A DNA stretch of 64,000 nucleotides. Source: an uncultured Actinomycetes bacterium. GTDB taxonomy: Bacteria; Actinomycetota; Acidimicrobiia; Spongiisociales; ZC4RG35. Each line of letters opens with the position of its first letter. Position 1 is the stretch's first letter. The stretch spans positions 3,330 through 67,329 of the forward strand of contig CALKIG010000114.1 in assembly GCA_937989945.1 (NCBI GenBank), given 5' to 3'. Below, piece by piece: positions 1-7,627 of the stretch. A program made the translations under genes and the position numbers. Below the pieces are notes generated by a model. The model did no database searches and had not been told where the DNA came from. It saw only the letters and a list, made by a program, of their open reading frames with translations.

Positions 1-108
1 CGACTCTTCGTCGCCTCCGACCGCCTCGAAACCCAGTTTCTGGTAGAAGTCTCGGGACTCGTCCATGTCGGAGACCGAAAGACTGACCGAAAACGCTCCT
101 AGCTCCAT
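1..108 (-). CDS. VOC/glyoxalase-family protein, N-terminal fragment (continues beyond window start)
   Basis: Reverse complement from ATG 108..106 reads [36 protein letters not shown], typical of the first beta-alpha-beta module of glyoxalase/bleomycin-resistance proteins. The frame is open to the window edge. It is absent from the ORF track because it is truncated. Confidence 0.5.
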   Translation of the reverse strand, partial: MELGAFSVSLSVSDMDESRDFYQKLGFEAVGGDEES

Positions 109-136
109 GTGATGTGTCCTTTCCCCTGGTCAGGGC

Positions 137-544
137 CTATTTCGACGAGGTTGCGTTCTGCAGCCGATCTTTGATGTGTTCGGGCACAGGTACCGGCCGG
201 AAATGCTCCGGATCGACGAAAACCCACACGAGCTTGCCGGTGGCGACGACCTGATCGCTCCCGGCCAGTGTCGTCTCGACATCGATGTCCATCGAAGCGG
301 TGCCGAATCGCTCGACCCGGATCGTCGTCTGGAGAGTGTCACCCAGGCGCGCCGCGGACTTGAAGTCGATCTCGAGTCGCGCGGTGACAACCTCGACGCC
401 GTTTCCACCGACCTCAGGACCACCCAACCCCAATTCCTCTAGCCAGTCGGTCGCCGCGTCATCCCAATAGCGGGCGTAATTGCCGTTGAAGACGATGCCT
501 TGCGGGTCGCAGTCCGAATATCGGATCTTCTGCAGGGTCGGCAT
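137..544 (-). CDS. acyl-CoA thioesterase, 4HBT/YbgC-like hotdog fold
   Basis: From the internal ATG at 544 the product reads MPTLQKIRYSDCDPQGIVFNGNYARYWDDAATDWLEELG..., the YbgC/4-hydroxybenzoyl-CoA thioesterase N-terminal signature (D..G.V.N..Y). The upstream part of the 203-aa track ORF looks like non-coding extension. Confidence 0.75.
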   Translation of the reverse strand: MPTLQKIRYSDCDPQGIVFNGNYARYWDDAATDWLEELGLGGPEVGGNGVEVVTARLEIDFKSAARLGDTLQTTIRVERFGTASMDIDVETTLAGSDQVVATGKLVWVFVDPEHFRPVPVPEHIKDRLQNATSSK

Positions 545-728
545 TCGCGGCACCTTACAGGCCAAGGCAGGACGATGCGCTCCGCCTACGCCCACGATGA
601 GGTCGCGAGCCGGAGAGCCAGTTCCAACGAGCGTGCGTCCTAGCCTCAGGGAGCCGATCTCCCGGAACAAATCGCGCAGAGATAGGGTTGTAGATGGGGA
701 ATCCAACAAATCCAGGAAGGTATTTTTC

Positions 729-1118
729 ATGGCCACAGTGGCACTCACAAAAGAGACATTCGACGAGACGGTTCAGAACAACGACACGGTCATCGTCGAC
801 TTTTGGGCAGAGTGGTGCGGCCCTTGTCGCAGTTTTGCTCCCACCTTCGAGGCTGCGTCCGAGAAGCACGACGACATCGTGTTCGCCAAGGTCGACACCG
901 AAGACCAGCAGGAACTGGCAATGGCGTTCGGCATCCGCTCGATACCGACGCTCATGGTGTTCAAGGAGCAGGTGATCCTCTACTCACAACCCGGTGCGTT
1001 GCCGGCCGAGATGTTCGAAGACCTCGTCGGTCAGGTCAAGAACATCGACATGGACGACGTTCGGGCGCAGATTGCCGAGCACGAGAAGGAGCACGGCTCC
1101 GAGGCGGCCTCCAACTGA
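729..1118 (+). CDS. trxA: thioredoxin
   Basis: MATVALTKETFDETV...VDFWAEWCGPCRSF carries the WCGPC active site. ATG at 729 is preceded by GGAAGG about 9 nt upstream. The track ORF start at 480 is an upstream extension. Confidence 0.9.
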   Translation: MATVALTKETFDETVQNNDTVIVDFWAEWCGPCRSFAPTFEAASEKHDDIVFAKVDTEDQQELAMAFGIRSIPTLMVFKEQVILYSQPGALPAEMFEDLVGQVKNIDMDDVRAQIAEHEKEHGSEAASN

Positions 1119-1976
1119 TCAGGACGAAGCGCCGCAACTGACGAAAACGGATTGCCGATTGCCGGCCGGCACGGCCTCGATCTTGACGTCGAGCCGGCAG
1201 TCGGAGTACTCCCCAACGTCCGTGGTGAAGCGACCCCGGTCGATCTCAATCGACTGGGTCGGCTGCTCTTCGTATCGCCACTCCCCCGGCGGGTCGGTCA
1301 CGTCTGGTATCGAGACCCCGTCGGCAACGAAGTAGCTGACCATCGCCGGGCCCAGCGACCCGCTGGTGCGCCCGGAACGCTCGAGCTGACCGTCGATCTC
1401 GATCTGTTCGGCAAGGGTCTGCTCCCTCTCGAAGTCTGGATTGCACCACGACCGCTGGATGCTCAGATCGCAGTTCAATGTCAGGCCGACGCCGGAACCG
1501 ATTATCACCAGCCCGACGATCGCCGCAGTCACCGTCGCCAGTCGATACTTGCGTATACCGATCCAGGCCACGATCGATCCGACATATCCGAAGATGAGCG
1601 CCGCCCATCCGAGTCGGGCCCACGTCCGGGATGAGCTGCGATCTGCGGACAAGCCGAGAACAACGATCGCGCCGAAAACACCGAAAGCCACGAGCAGGTA
1701 GCGGGACCAACGGTTGTGCAGCGGATCGTTCTTGCGGAGGGCGAAGAACGCGTAGCCAGCCGTAGCTGCGCTGACCACGAGCTGGGCCGGCTCGATCACA
1801 TGTGATCCTCCAGGGCTCAGCAGAAGCCAGACCGACCAGATGAGAAACCCGATGGCCCCGACGAGGAGAATCCCTGGAGCGGTGATTCCACGGTCCACGA
1901 CGGAGACGCTACGAGTGTGTCGCTTTTGTGCCAAGCTCGTCTGCAAGGACGCGCTCCATTGTTGTGCCCACGTCAA
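1119..1976 (-). CDS. hypothetical integral membrane protein with Cys-containing C-terminal extracytoplasmic domain
   Basis: 285-aa ORF with about 5 hydrophobic helices (e.g. GILLVGAIGFLIWSVWLLL, YLLVAFGVFGAIVVLGL, TAAIVGLVIIGSGVGL) followed by a soluble tail. No family recognised. Confidence 0.55.
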   Translation of the reverse strand: MTWAQQWSASLQTSLAQKRHTRSVSVVDRGITAPGILLVGAIGFLIWSVWLLLSPGGSHVIEPAQLVVSAATAGYAFFALRKNDPLHNRWSRYLLVAFGVFGAIVVLGLSADRSSSRTWARLGWAALIFGYVGSIVAWIGIRKYRLATVTAAIVGLVIIGSGVGLTLNCDLSIQRSWCNPDFEREQTLAEQIEIDGQLERSGRTSGSLGPAMVSYFVADGVSIPDVTDPPGEWRYEEQPTQSIEIDRGRFTTDVGEYSDCRLDVKIEAVPAGNRQSVFVSCGASS

Positions 1977-2022
1977 TGACTATCTGGTCGGCGAAGAACT
2001 CATGTCTCTGTGAGAACCTACG

Positions 2023-2523
2023 ATGAGCATCGAGATGAGTTTGCACCCGGAAGTGGCGAGAGACCTCGAGTTGTTGGGCGTTGAGTATGAGGTCATGGAT
2101 TGCGATCCGGATCTAGCCGACACGGCGGCCTTCTGTCAGGCGTATGGCATCCCGATGGATAACTCGGCCAACGCCATCCTCGTGGGCAGCAGAAAGCCTG
2201 AAGGGATGTATGCGCTTTGCCTGGTTCTGGCCACAGACCGTCTCGATGTCAACGGGACCGTGCGCAAGAAGCTCGGCGCACGCAAGGTCAGCTTCGCGAG
2301 CGCGGAGGACACGCTGGATAAAACCAACCAGGCGATCGGTGGCGTCACGGTGTTCGGGGTCCCAGACGATGTGCCCATCTGGGTCGATCCGGAAGTGTTG
2401 GAGAGAGAATGGGTGATTGTCGGAGCAGGCACTCGGAGCGCAAAGATCAGGCTCGATCCGCGCCAGTTCCTAGATCTAGACGGGTATGAAGTGGTTCCGG
2501 GCCTGGCCAAAGGTGAAGGATGA
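2023..2523 (+). CDS. YbaK/EbsC-type aminoacyl-tRNA deacylase domain protein
   Basis: 166 aa. Segments ANAILVGSRKPEG..ALCLV..DRLDVNG.VRKKLGARKVSFAS...T...IGGVTVFG match the YbaK/ProRS-associated editing-domain pattern. Confidence 0.75.
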   Translation: MSIEMSLHPEVARDLELLGVEYEVMDCDPDLADTAAFCQAYGIPMDNSANAILVGSRKPEGMYALCLVLATDRLDVNGTVRKKLGARKVSFASAEDTLDKTNQAIGGVTVFGVPDDVPIWVDPEVLEREWVIVGAGTRSAKIRLDPRQFLDLDGYEVVPGLAKGEG

Positions 2524-2891
2524 GCGTCACCGGTCTGAGCCAAATCCATGTGACTGTCGACGACATCGAGGAGGCAGTTGCCTTCTACCGAGATGTCCTG
2601 GGGCTCCGGTTCCTTTTTGACGTTCCAGACCAGAACATGGCCTTCTTCGATGTGGGCGGGATCAGGTTGTATCTCGGCAGAGCCGAGTCACCCGAGTTTG
2701 CCTCGGCCCCGCTCCTCTACTTCGAGGTCGACGACATCGACGGCGAGCACAATCGGCTCACCCAGAGTGGTGTCGAATTCATATCCGAACCACACCGGGT
2801 CCATCAGACCGAGCAGTACGAGCTCTGGATGGCCTTCTTCGAGACGCCCGCCGGACACGTCAACGCCCTCAGCGAACAGCGATCCGTTTGA
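2520..2891 (+). CDS. VOC (glyoxalase/bleomycin resistance/dioxygenase) family protein
   Basis: 123 aa. LSQIHVTVDDIEEAVAFYRDVLGLRFLFD... is a typical VOC N-terminal module. 4-nt overlap with the upstream gene. Confidence 0.75.
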   Translation: MSVTGLSQIHVTVDDIEEAVAFYRDVLGLRFLFDVPDQNMAFFDVGGIRLYLGRAESPEFASAPLLYFEVDDIDGEHNRLTQSGVEFISEPHRVHQTEQYELWMAFFETPAGHVNALSEQRSV

Positions 2892-2892
2892 G

Positions 2893-3654
2893 CTAGGGCC
2901 TCAGAAAACCGTCGACCACGTCGGCGAATTGGAGGGGATGCTCCATGATGAAACCGTGTGAGGCAGTTGGGAACTCGTGCGCCGTGGCGTGTGGGATCGC
3001 CCTCTTCAGCCGCTCCGGGTGCTCAATGGTGACCACCCGATCCTCTCCCCCACTCACGATGAGTGTCGGGACCGCGACGGCCGGCAGATCATCTACCGTC
3101 TCCTCCTTGTCACGGTTGACGCGTACGACTGTGCCTGGAGGCGATAGAAAGAGGTCGCGCGCCCTCTGGCGCTGCGTGGCGAGGAACTCCGCCGAGAAGG
3201 CGGTGTCAATCGCAGCATCAAGTGCCTCCAACGGATCATCTCTCTCTTCGGGCTCGTCGCCTTCGATCCCGATCGTGTCGGCGAAGCCGGCCACCGGGAA
3301 GGCAAGGACCAGTCGGCTGACGAGAGAGGGATGCGACGCAGCCAGCCCATAGGCGGTGATCGCACCCCGGCTCAATCCGACTGCTGCGGCCGGGCCATCG
3401 GCTCGAGCTTCCAGAACCGCGACGACGTCGTCCACCTGGTCGAGACACGTCTTCGGGAGCGGATCTCCCTCCCAGCCCGACGGGGGGCCATAGTCGAAGT
3501 TGATAACCCGATGGCCCAGCCCGGCGAGAGCCTCGCAAAATGGGCGCGCCCAGGCGAGAGGCACAGCTGCTCCGATCACCATCACCGGTGCCCCCTCCCC
3601 CACTACTTCGATTCGGGCTGGCCCGTCGTTGAGTTCAATCCAGGTCTCGGTCAT
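2893..3654 (-). CDS. alpha/beta-fold hydrolase
   Basis: 253 aa. Nucleophile elbow GLSRG (G-x-S-x-G), HG-like oxyanion region (VMVIGAA), C-terminal ...SHGFIMEHP catalytic His context. Confidence 0.8.
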   Translation of the reverse strand: MTETWIELNDGPARIEVVGEGAPVMVIGAAVPLAWARPFCEALAGLGHRVINFDYGPPSGWEGDPLPKTCLDQVDDVVAVLEARADGPAAAVGLSRGAITAYGLAASHPSLVSRLVLAFPVAGFADTIGIEGDEPEERDDPLEALDAAIDTAFSAEFLATQRQRARDLFLSPPGTVVRVNRDKEETVDDLPAVAVPTLIVSGGEDRVVTIEHPERLKRAIPHATAHEFPTASHGFIMEHPLQFADVVDGFLRP

Positions 3655-3676
3655 GTCGCAAATGTCGAATGACGGA

Positions 3677-4405
3677 TCATGAATTCGACAATGTCCTTCG
3701 GATGAGGAAGGCGTATCCGATCACGCCGATCAGAGTGAATCCGAACCACTGGATGGCATATGCCAGGTGGGAGCCCTCATTCTCGAAGTCCGGCGGAGCA
3801 AGTGGGACGGGAAGCTCATTTCCCTGCTCGCCCTCGAGCACCAGGTAGACGGGCATCAGTTCGTACTCGCTCTGCTCTTCGATTCGGGGAATATCCACCC
3901 GATTGAGGACGGCGAGATCTCCCTCTTCGGGGTCCGCAGGGCCGAGGGGTGGCCGTGTCTGCGTCGGCGAGATCCAACCGGTGATGGTCACTTGGCCGTC
4001 CGGAGGTGCCGCTTCTGTGATTGGTGGAGTGTCCAGAGGAAGCGGCACCCAGCCGCGGTTCACGAGCACAGCCTCCCCATCGACAGCGAGCAGAGGGGTG
4101 ATCACATGGAATCCGGCTTGCTCCCGATAGACCTGATTTCGAGTCAACACTTCGCTCTCGGCATCGAAGGTGCCGGTGACGGTCGCTCGACGAAACTCGA
4201 GAGACGCATAATCTTCCCCCGCTGCCGCGAGCAGTGAGCTCAGATCCTGAGGAGGGGCCAGGTATCGGCTTTCGGTGATCATGTTGTCGAGCTTTCTCTC
4301 ATCCAGCCGTCGCAGCTGCCAGAAGCCCAGGTTGATGAAGACCACGGCGATAACCACCACAGTGACGTGGGCGATCATCCAGCGCGGTGTCAGAACCGCC
4401 CTCAC
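3677..4405 (-). CDS. SURF1-family cytochrome oxidase assembly protein
   Basis: 242 aa. N-terminal TM followed by GFWQLRRLDERK and C-terminal HLAYAIQWFGFTL, both hallmark SURF1/Shy1 motifs. Confidence 0.8.
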   Translation of the reverse strand: MRAVLTPRWMIAHVTVVVIAVVFINLGFWQLRRLDERKLDNMITESRYLAPPQDLSSLLAAAGEDYASLEFRRATVTGTFDAESEVLTRNQVYREQAGFHVITPLLAVDGEAVLVNRGWVPLPLDTPPITEAAPPDGQVTITGWISPTQTRPPLGPADPEEGDLAVLNRVDIPRIEEQSEYELMPVYLVLEGEQGNELPVPLAPPDFENEGSHLAYAIQWFGFTLIGVIGYAFLIRRTLSNS

Positions 4406-4411
4406 CTGAGG

Positions 4412-4591
4412 TCAGGCGGCAAGTAATGGGATCTCATCATCCTCGAGCAACGAGTCGATCGCCTCTTCGATGGTGTCGAGATCGCTCCGGAATGCGACCG
4501 GGGCAGCGAGCATCGTTGATGCCGCCGAAGGCGGAAGCTTCCCGCGATCCAGGAGGACACGAGCGATATCGTCGGACCAGTACCAGGGCAT
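4412..4591 (-). CDS. small hypothetical protein (59 aa), acidic C-terminus
   Basis: ATG at 4591 is preceded by AAGGAGG with a 7-nt spacer (sense ttcgAAGGAGGtcacgcATG). Product MPWYWSDDIARVLLDRGKLPP...EEAIDSLLEDDEIPLLAA. No family recognised. The track ORF begins further upstream at 4669. Confidence 0.45.
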   Translation of the reverse strand: MPWYWSDDIARVLLDRGKLPPSAASTMLAAPVAFRSDLDTIEEAIDSLLEDDEIPLLAA

Positions 4592-4686
4592 GCGTGACCT
4601 CCTTCGAATGGGGACTCCGGGTGGGACTGCTCCCACCATAACCCGACTGTCAAGTCGAAAAAACGCCAATGTTCACGGAGCTTTTT

Positions 4687-5172
4687 CTACTCTCCGATGT
4701 CCTCGTTCCAGAGCTCCGGGTTCTCGGCAATGAAGCTCGTCATCATCGAGATGCAGCGCGGGTCGTCGAGGACTTTCACATCGATGCCGGCTTGTTCGAG
4801 AAGGTGCTGGGGGCCCTGGAAAGTTCTGTTCTCGCCCACCACCACCTGCGGAATGCCGTAGAGCAGTATTGCTCCCGTGCACATCGAGCAGGGCGAGAGT
4901 GTCGAGTAGATGGTCGCGTTGCGATAGACGCTGGCAGATAACCGGCCGGCGTTCTCCAGGCAATCCATCTCGGCATGCAAGACGACACTCCCGCGTTGAA
5001 TGCGCTGGTTGTGGCCACGTCCTGCGATTTCATCACCGATGACCAGGACCGACCCGATGGGTATTCCTCCGTCGGCTCGCCCCTTCTCGGCTTCGGCGAT
5101 GGCAGCGTCGAGGAAGCGATCCAAGTCAAGCCTTTCGATAGATCGAGATGTGGCGGGGTGACTTCTCCCCAA
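4687..5172 (-). CDS. cytosine deaminase, Fcy1-type (CMP/dCMP deaminase zinc-binding fold)
   Basis: HAEMDCLENAGR...TLSPCSMCTGAILLYGIPQVVVGEN...NPELWNEDIGE is collinear over nearly its full length with yeast Fcy1 (HGEISTLENCG..SPCDMCTGAI..VVGEN..WFEDIGE). The start is uncertain because the ORF overlaps the upstream methyltransferase by 47 nt. Confidence 0.75.
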   Translation of the reverse strand: MGRSHPATSRSIERLDLDRFLDAAIAEAEKGRADGGIPIGSVLVIGDEIAGRGHNQRIQRGSVVLHAEMDCLENAGRLSASVYRNATIYSTLSPCSMCTGAILLYGIPQVVVGENRTFQGPQHLLEQAGIDVKVLDDPRCISMMTSFIAENPELWNEDIGE

Positions 5173-5890
5173 ATTGGGAGCGGTCGTAGCCGCCCCATCT
5201 CGTCTCCAGACGAAGACCAGCCAGCTGGCCCATCAGATCCATTTCGGCGGGCCATGCGTACCGGAGGTCCACTGGGAGGACATGTGTCTGCCCGTCAGTA
5301 GCCCGACGAACGTGTTGGGCACTGATCTGTTGCCTCACGGGATCGTGGACTGCCATCTCGTAGGCATGCTCCCCGTTCGTGCCGAGCTCGGTGACGCTCA
5401 TCCTCGTGTTCTCCGTGTCGAAACGGCGAAGGTCAGGGACGAAGCACTCGAGCAGAAAACGACCGTCGGGCTCGAGATGCTCAGCGACGCTCCGGAAACA
5501 CTGCACCTGGCGTTCCTGTGTCGACATCGCGAAGAAGCTGTTGAAGACGATGTACACCAGGGGGAATTGCAGGTCGAGGTCGAATCGGGACATGTCGCCT
5601 TGCGTGAAGCGAATCTCTCCGCCACCGGGCTTGTCCGCAAGCACCCGGAGCATCTCGCCGGATATGTCAAGGCCTGAGACATCAACCCCCCGCTCAGCAA
5701 GTGGGATGGCGACCCGTCCGGTGCCCACCGCCAACTCGAGAGCACGTGGTGGCTCCCCGGAGAGCTCCACCAGTAGATCGAGCATGTCGGCGTCCACCTC
5801 GTCGTAGATGCTGTCGTAGTGCAGAGCCCAGGTGTTCCCGTAGGTGTCTTCCCCCTCCGGGCCGGCAAGTGGTCTCTTGGCCATGGGCAA
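5126..5890 (-). CDS. class I SAM-dependent methyltransferase
   Basis: 254 aa. Motif I LELAVGTGRVAIPLAERG followed by acidic DISGEML (post-I) and a Methyltransf_25-like layout. Confidence 0.8.
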   Translation of the reverse strand: MPMAKRPLAGPEGEDTYGNTWALHYDSIYDEVDADMLDLLVELSGEPPRALELAVGTGRVAIPLAERGVDVSGLDISGEMLRVLADKPGGGEIRFTQGDMSRFDLDLQFPLVYIVFNSFFAMSTQERQVQCFRSVAEHLEPDGRFLLECFVPDLRRFDTENTRMSVTELGTNGEHAYEMAVHDPVRQQISAQHVRRATDGQTHVLPVDLRYAWPAEMDLMGQLAGLRLETRWGGYDRSQFGEKSPRHISIYRKA

Positions 5891-5920
5891 AACCTAGAAC
5901 GCTTTGTACAGGAACGTCGG

Positions 5921-6262
5921 TCAGTTTTCGACAGCGACTGGCTCGAGCTCGTCTACGTCGTGAAGCTTCACCTCCTGAGCGATCACCTCTATCCGGCTCT
6001 TTCGTCCGTCCGGACTCTCCCAGTAGCGGCGTTGCACCGCACCACATACCCAGATCCGTTGCGACTTGACTCCTGGATCTTCGGTCAGTTCGTCGGGCGG
6101 GTCCCAGTGGGTGACCGGGATCACATCGACCCGTTTGCGTGGCGACTCAGAACGCACGGTGATCAAGTACCGGATCAGTCGTGTCCCTGAGTCGAACACT
6201 CGGATCTCAGGATCGACGGCAATGCGTCCGAAGAGGACCACGAGGTTGAAGTCCGTCTCCAT
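5921..6262 (-). CDS. SSB-like OB-fold protein lacking the disordered linker and acidic C-terminal tip
   Basis: 113 aa. NLVVLFGRIAVDPEIRVFDSGTRLIRYLITV...DVIPVTHW...IWVCGAVQRRYWESPDGRKSRIEVIAQEV follows the bacterial SSB OB-fold pattern (N.V.L.GR...DPE.R...G......V.....D.I.V..W....G..V.V.G.L..R.W....G..R...E). It ends right after the fold. Confidence 0.65.
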   Translation of the reverse strand: METDFNLVVLFGRIAVDPEIRVFDSGTRLIRYLITVRSESPRKRVDVIPVTHWDPPDELTEDPGVKSQRIWVCGAVQRRYWESPDGRKSRIEVIAQEVKLHDVDELEPVAVEN

Positions 6263-6345
6263 GTCTCTCTCCCCTCTTGTCTGTTCGGGGAGAGTGCTGA
6301 TGTCGATTGTTGCGGGGCGCTGTGACGGAAATCCAGTACGTCGTA

Positions 6346-7086
6346 TCAGTCGAGAGCCTGGCGCAACTCCTCCACGCCTTCGAACTCCAACTCATGGTCG
6401 TCGAGAGCATCGATGATCTTGCCGGCTGCCTCTTTGTCGCCTACGGCCAGGGCAACACGAGCAGCGACGAACCAGCGGCGCAACTCGCCTGGTGAAGGAT
6501 TTGCGACGAGCCGGCCCGGCTTGATGACGCTCCAGGCGTCGCGTGGTCGGCCCTCGTCGAGGAGAAAAGAGGCGTAGACGACCCGTGCTTCGTGATCGAT
6601 GGTTGGCGAGACGTCGAAAGTGTGCAGGCGCTCCCACTCCTTGGTGACGTCCGACTTCCGTCCCATCGCGCGGAGACAGTCGATCTCGACCGGCATGTGG
6701 ATCAGGTCGCCGGTCATCCGGCGGAATGTCCTGAGCTCGCGGAGAGCCTCTTCCCAGTTTTCGGAGCGATACGCGGCCAGGCCGAGCAGTTCTCGGATGA
6801 CCGACGACTTCGGGGAGAGCTGTTTCGCCTTGCGCAGCCGCGGCAAGGCCGCTGTGTAACGCTCGTCTGCGTAGTCGTCGATGGCCGAGGAGAGCTCTTT
6901 GATCGCCGGGTCACGACGATCCTTTGGCGTCGAACGCTGAATCTCCTCGCGGACCCACTTGGGCAGCTGTCCCGCCGGCACCGACGTGACAGAACGAGAT
7001 TGGCGGCGAGGCTGACCACCGCCCTTCCCTGTCGGTCGCCCATGGCGACCAGCCGGCTTCTTCCGATTGTTGGATCTGTCGCCCAA
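6346..7086 (-). CDS. hypothetical protein: basic disordered N-terminus plus helical-repeat (TPR-like) body
   Basis: 246-aa ORF. TTG start at 7086 lies 8 nt after AAGGAG. The N-terminus is rich in R/K/G (GDRSNNRKKPAGRHGRPTGKGGGQPRRQSR). The remainder is helical-repeat-like. No family recognised. Confidence 0.55.
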   Translation of the reverse strand: MGDRSNNRKKPAGRHGRPTGKGGGQPRRQSRSVTSVPAGQLPKWVREEIQRSTPKDRRDPAIKELSSAIDDYADERYTAALPRLRKAKQLSPKSSVIRELLGLAAYRSENWEEALRELRTFRRMTGDLIHMPVEIDCLRAMGRKSDVTKEWERLHTFDVSPTIDHEARVVYASFLLDEGRPRDAWSVIKPGRLVANPSPGELRRWFVAARVALAVGDKEAAGKIIDALDDHELEFEGVEELRQALD

Positions 7087-7101
7087 GACGGGGCTCCTTG
7101 C

Positions 7102-7139
7102 ATAAAAGAAGGGCTGCCAACGGTAATCGGCAGCCCTTC
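7102..7139 (-). terminator. intrinsic terminator of the rRNA operon
   Basis: Sense strand after the 5S gene: GAAGGGCUGCC-gauuaccguu-GGCAGCCCUUC (11-bp perfect stem, 7139..7108) followed by UUUUAU. Confidence 0.65.
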
Positions 7140-7147
7140 GACGTTTA

Positions 7148-7267
7148 TGTCCGGCGGTGACCTACTCTCCCAGGGGACTGCTCCCCAAGTACCATCGGCG
7201 CTGGCAGGTTTCACTTCCGTGTTCGGAATGGGAACGGGTGGTTCCCCACCGCTCTCGCCACCGGACA
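7148..7267 (-). rRNA. rrf: 5S ribosomal RNA
   Basis: Sense reads UGUCCGGUGGCGAGAGCGGUGGGGAACCACCCGUUCCCAUUCCGAACACGGAAGUGAAACC...GGGAGAGUAGGUCACCGCCGGACA: conserved CCGAACACGGAAG and GAGAGUAGG boxes, with helix I closing the two ends. Confidence 0.9.
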
Positions 7268-7295
7268 AAAGCTTCAAGTCTCAAGTTGGCCACTC

Positions 7296-7316
7296 GAGAA
7301 CTCCATAGCGAGCACA
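7296..7316 (-). promoter_or_regulatory. 3' strand of the 23S rRNA processing stem
   Basis: The reverse complement of 7296..7316 (TGTGCTCGCTATGGAGTTCTC) matches plus strand 11865..11885 (TGTGCTCGCTATGCAGTTCTC) at 20 of 21 positions. The two flanks of the 23S gene therefore pair in the precursor. Confidence 0.7.
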
Positions 7317-7555
7317 TCAATTGTCTACGAATTCAATTCCAAGCCCTCGGCCTATTAGTACCGGTCCGCTGAACACATTGCTGTGCTTACACGTCCGGCC
7401 TATCAACCTGGTCTTCTACCAGGGGCCTTAACCCTCTCGGGTGGGAAATCTCATCTTGAGGTGGGCTTCGCACTTAGATGCCTTCAGCGCTTATCCCGTC
7501 CAGACTTAGCCAATGAGCCATGCACTTGGCAGTACAACTCACACACCAGAGGTCT

Positions 7556-7586
<31 letters not shown>

Positions 7587-7627
7587 CTCCTCTCAAATTT
7601 CCTGCGCTTGCGGCGGATAGGGACCGA

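Noticed and set aside
4592-4686. Possible bidirectional terminator or promoter (A5...T6 flanks, TTGACA) between the deaminase gene and the small ORF
   Set aside because: The stem is only A-U pairs with a bulge, and the TTGACA hexamer has no -10 box at acceptable spacing. The evidence is too weak to call.
4687-5890. Deaminase plus methyltransferase (with the nearby SSB-like gene) as a nucleic-acid-modifying or defence module
   Set aside because: The deaminase is collinear with the Fcy1-type free-cytosine deaminase over essentially its whole length (a pyrimidine salvage enzyme). The methyltransferase is a generic small-molecule-type class I enzyme. No nuclease, helicase, ATPase or toxin-like partner is present.
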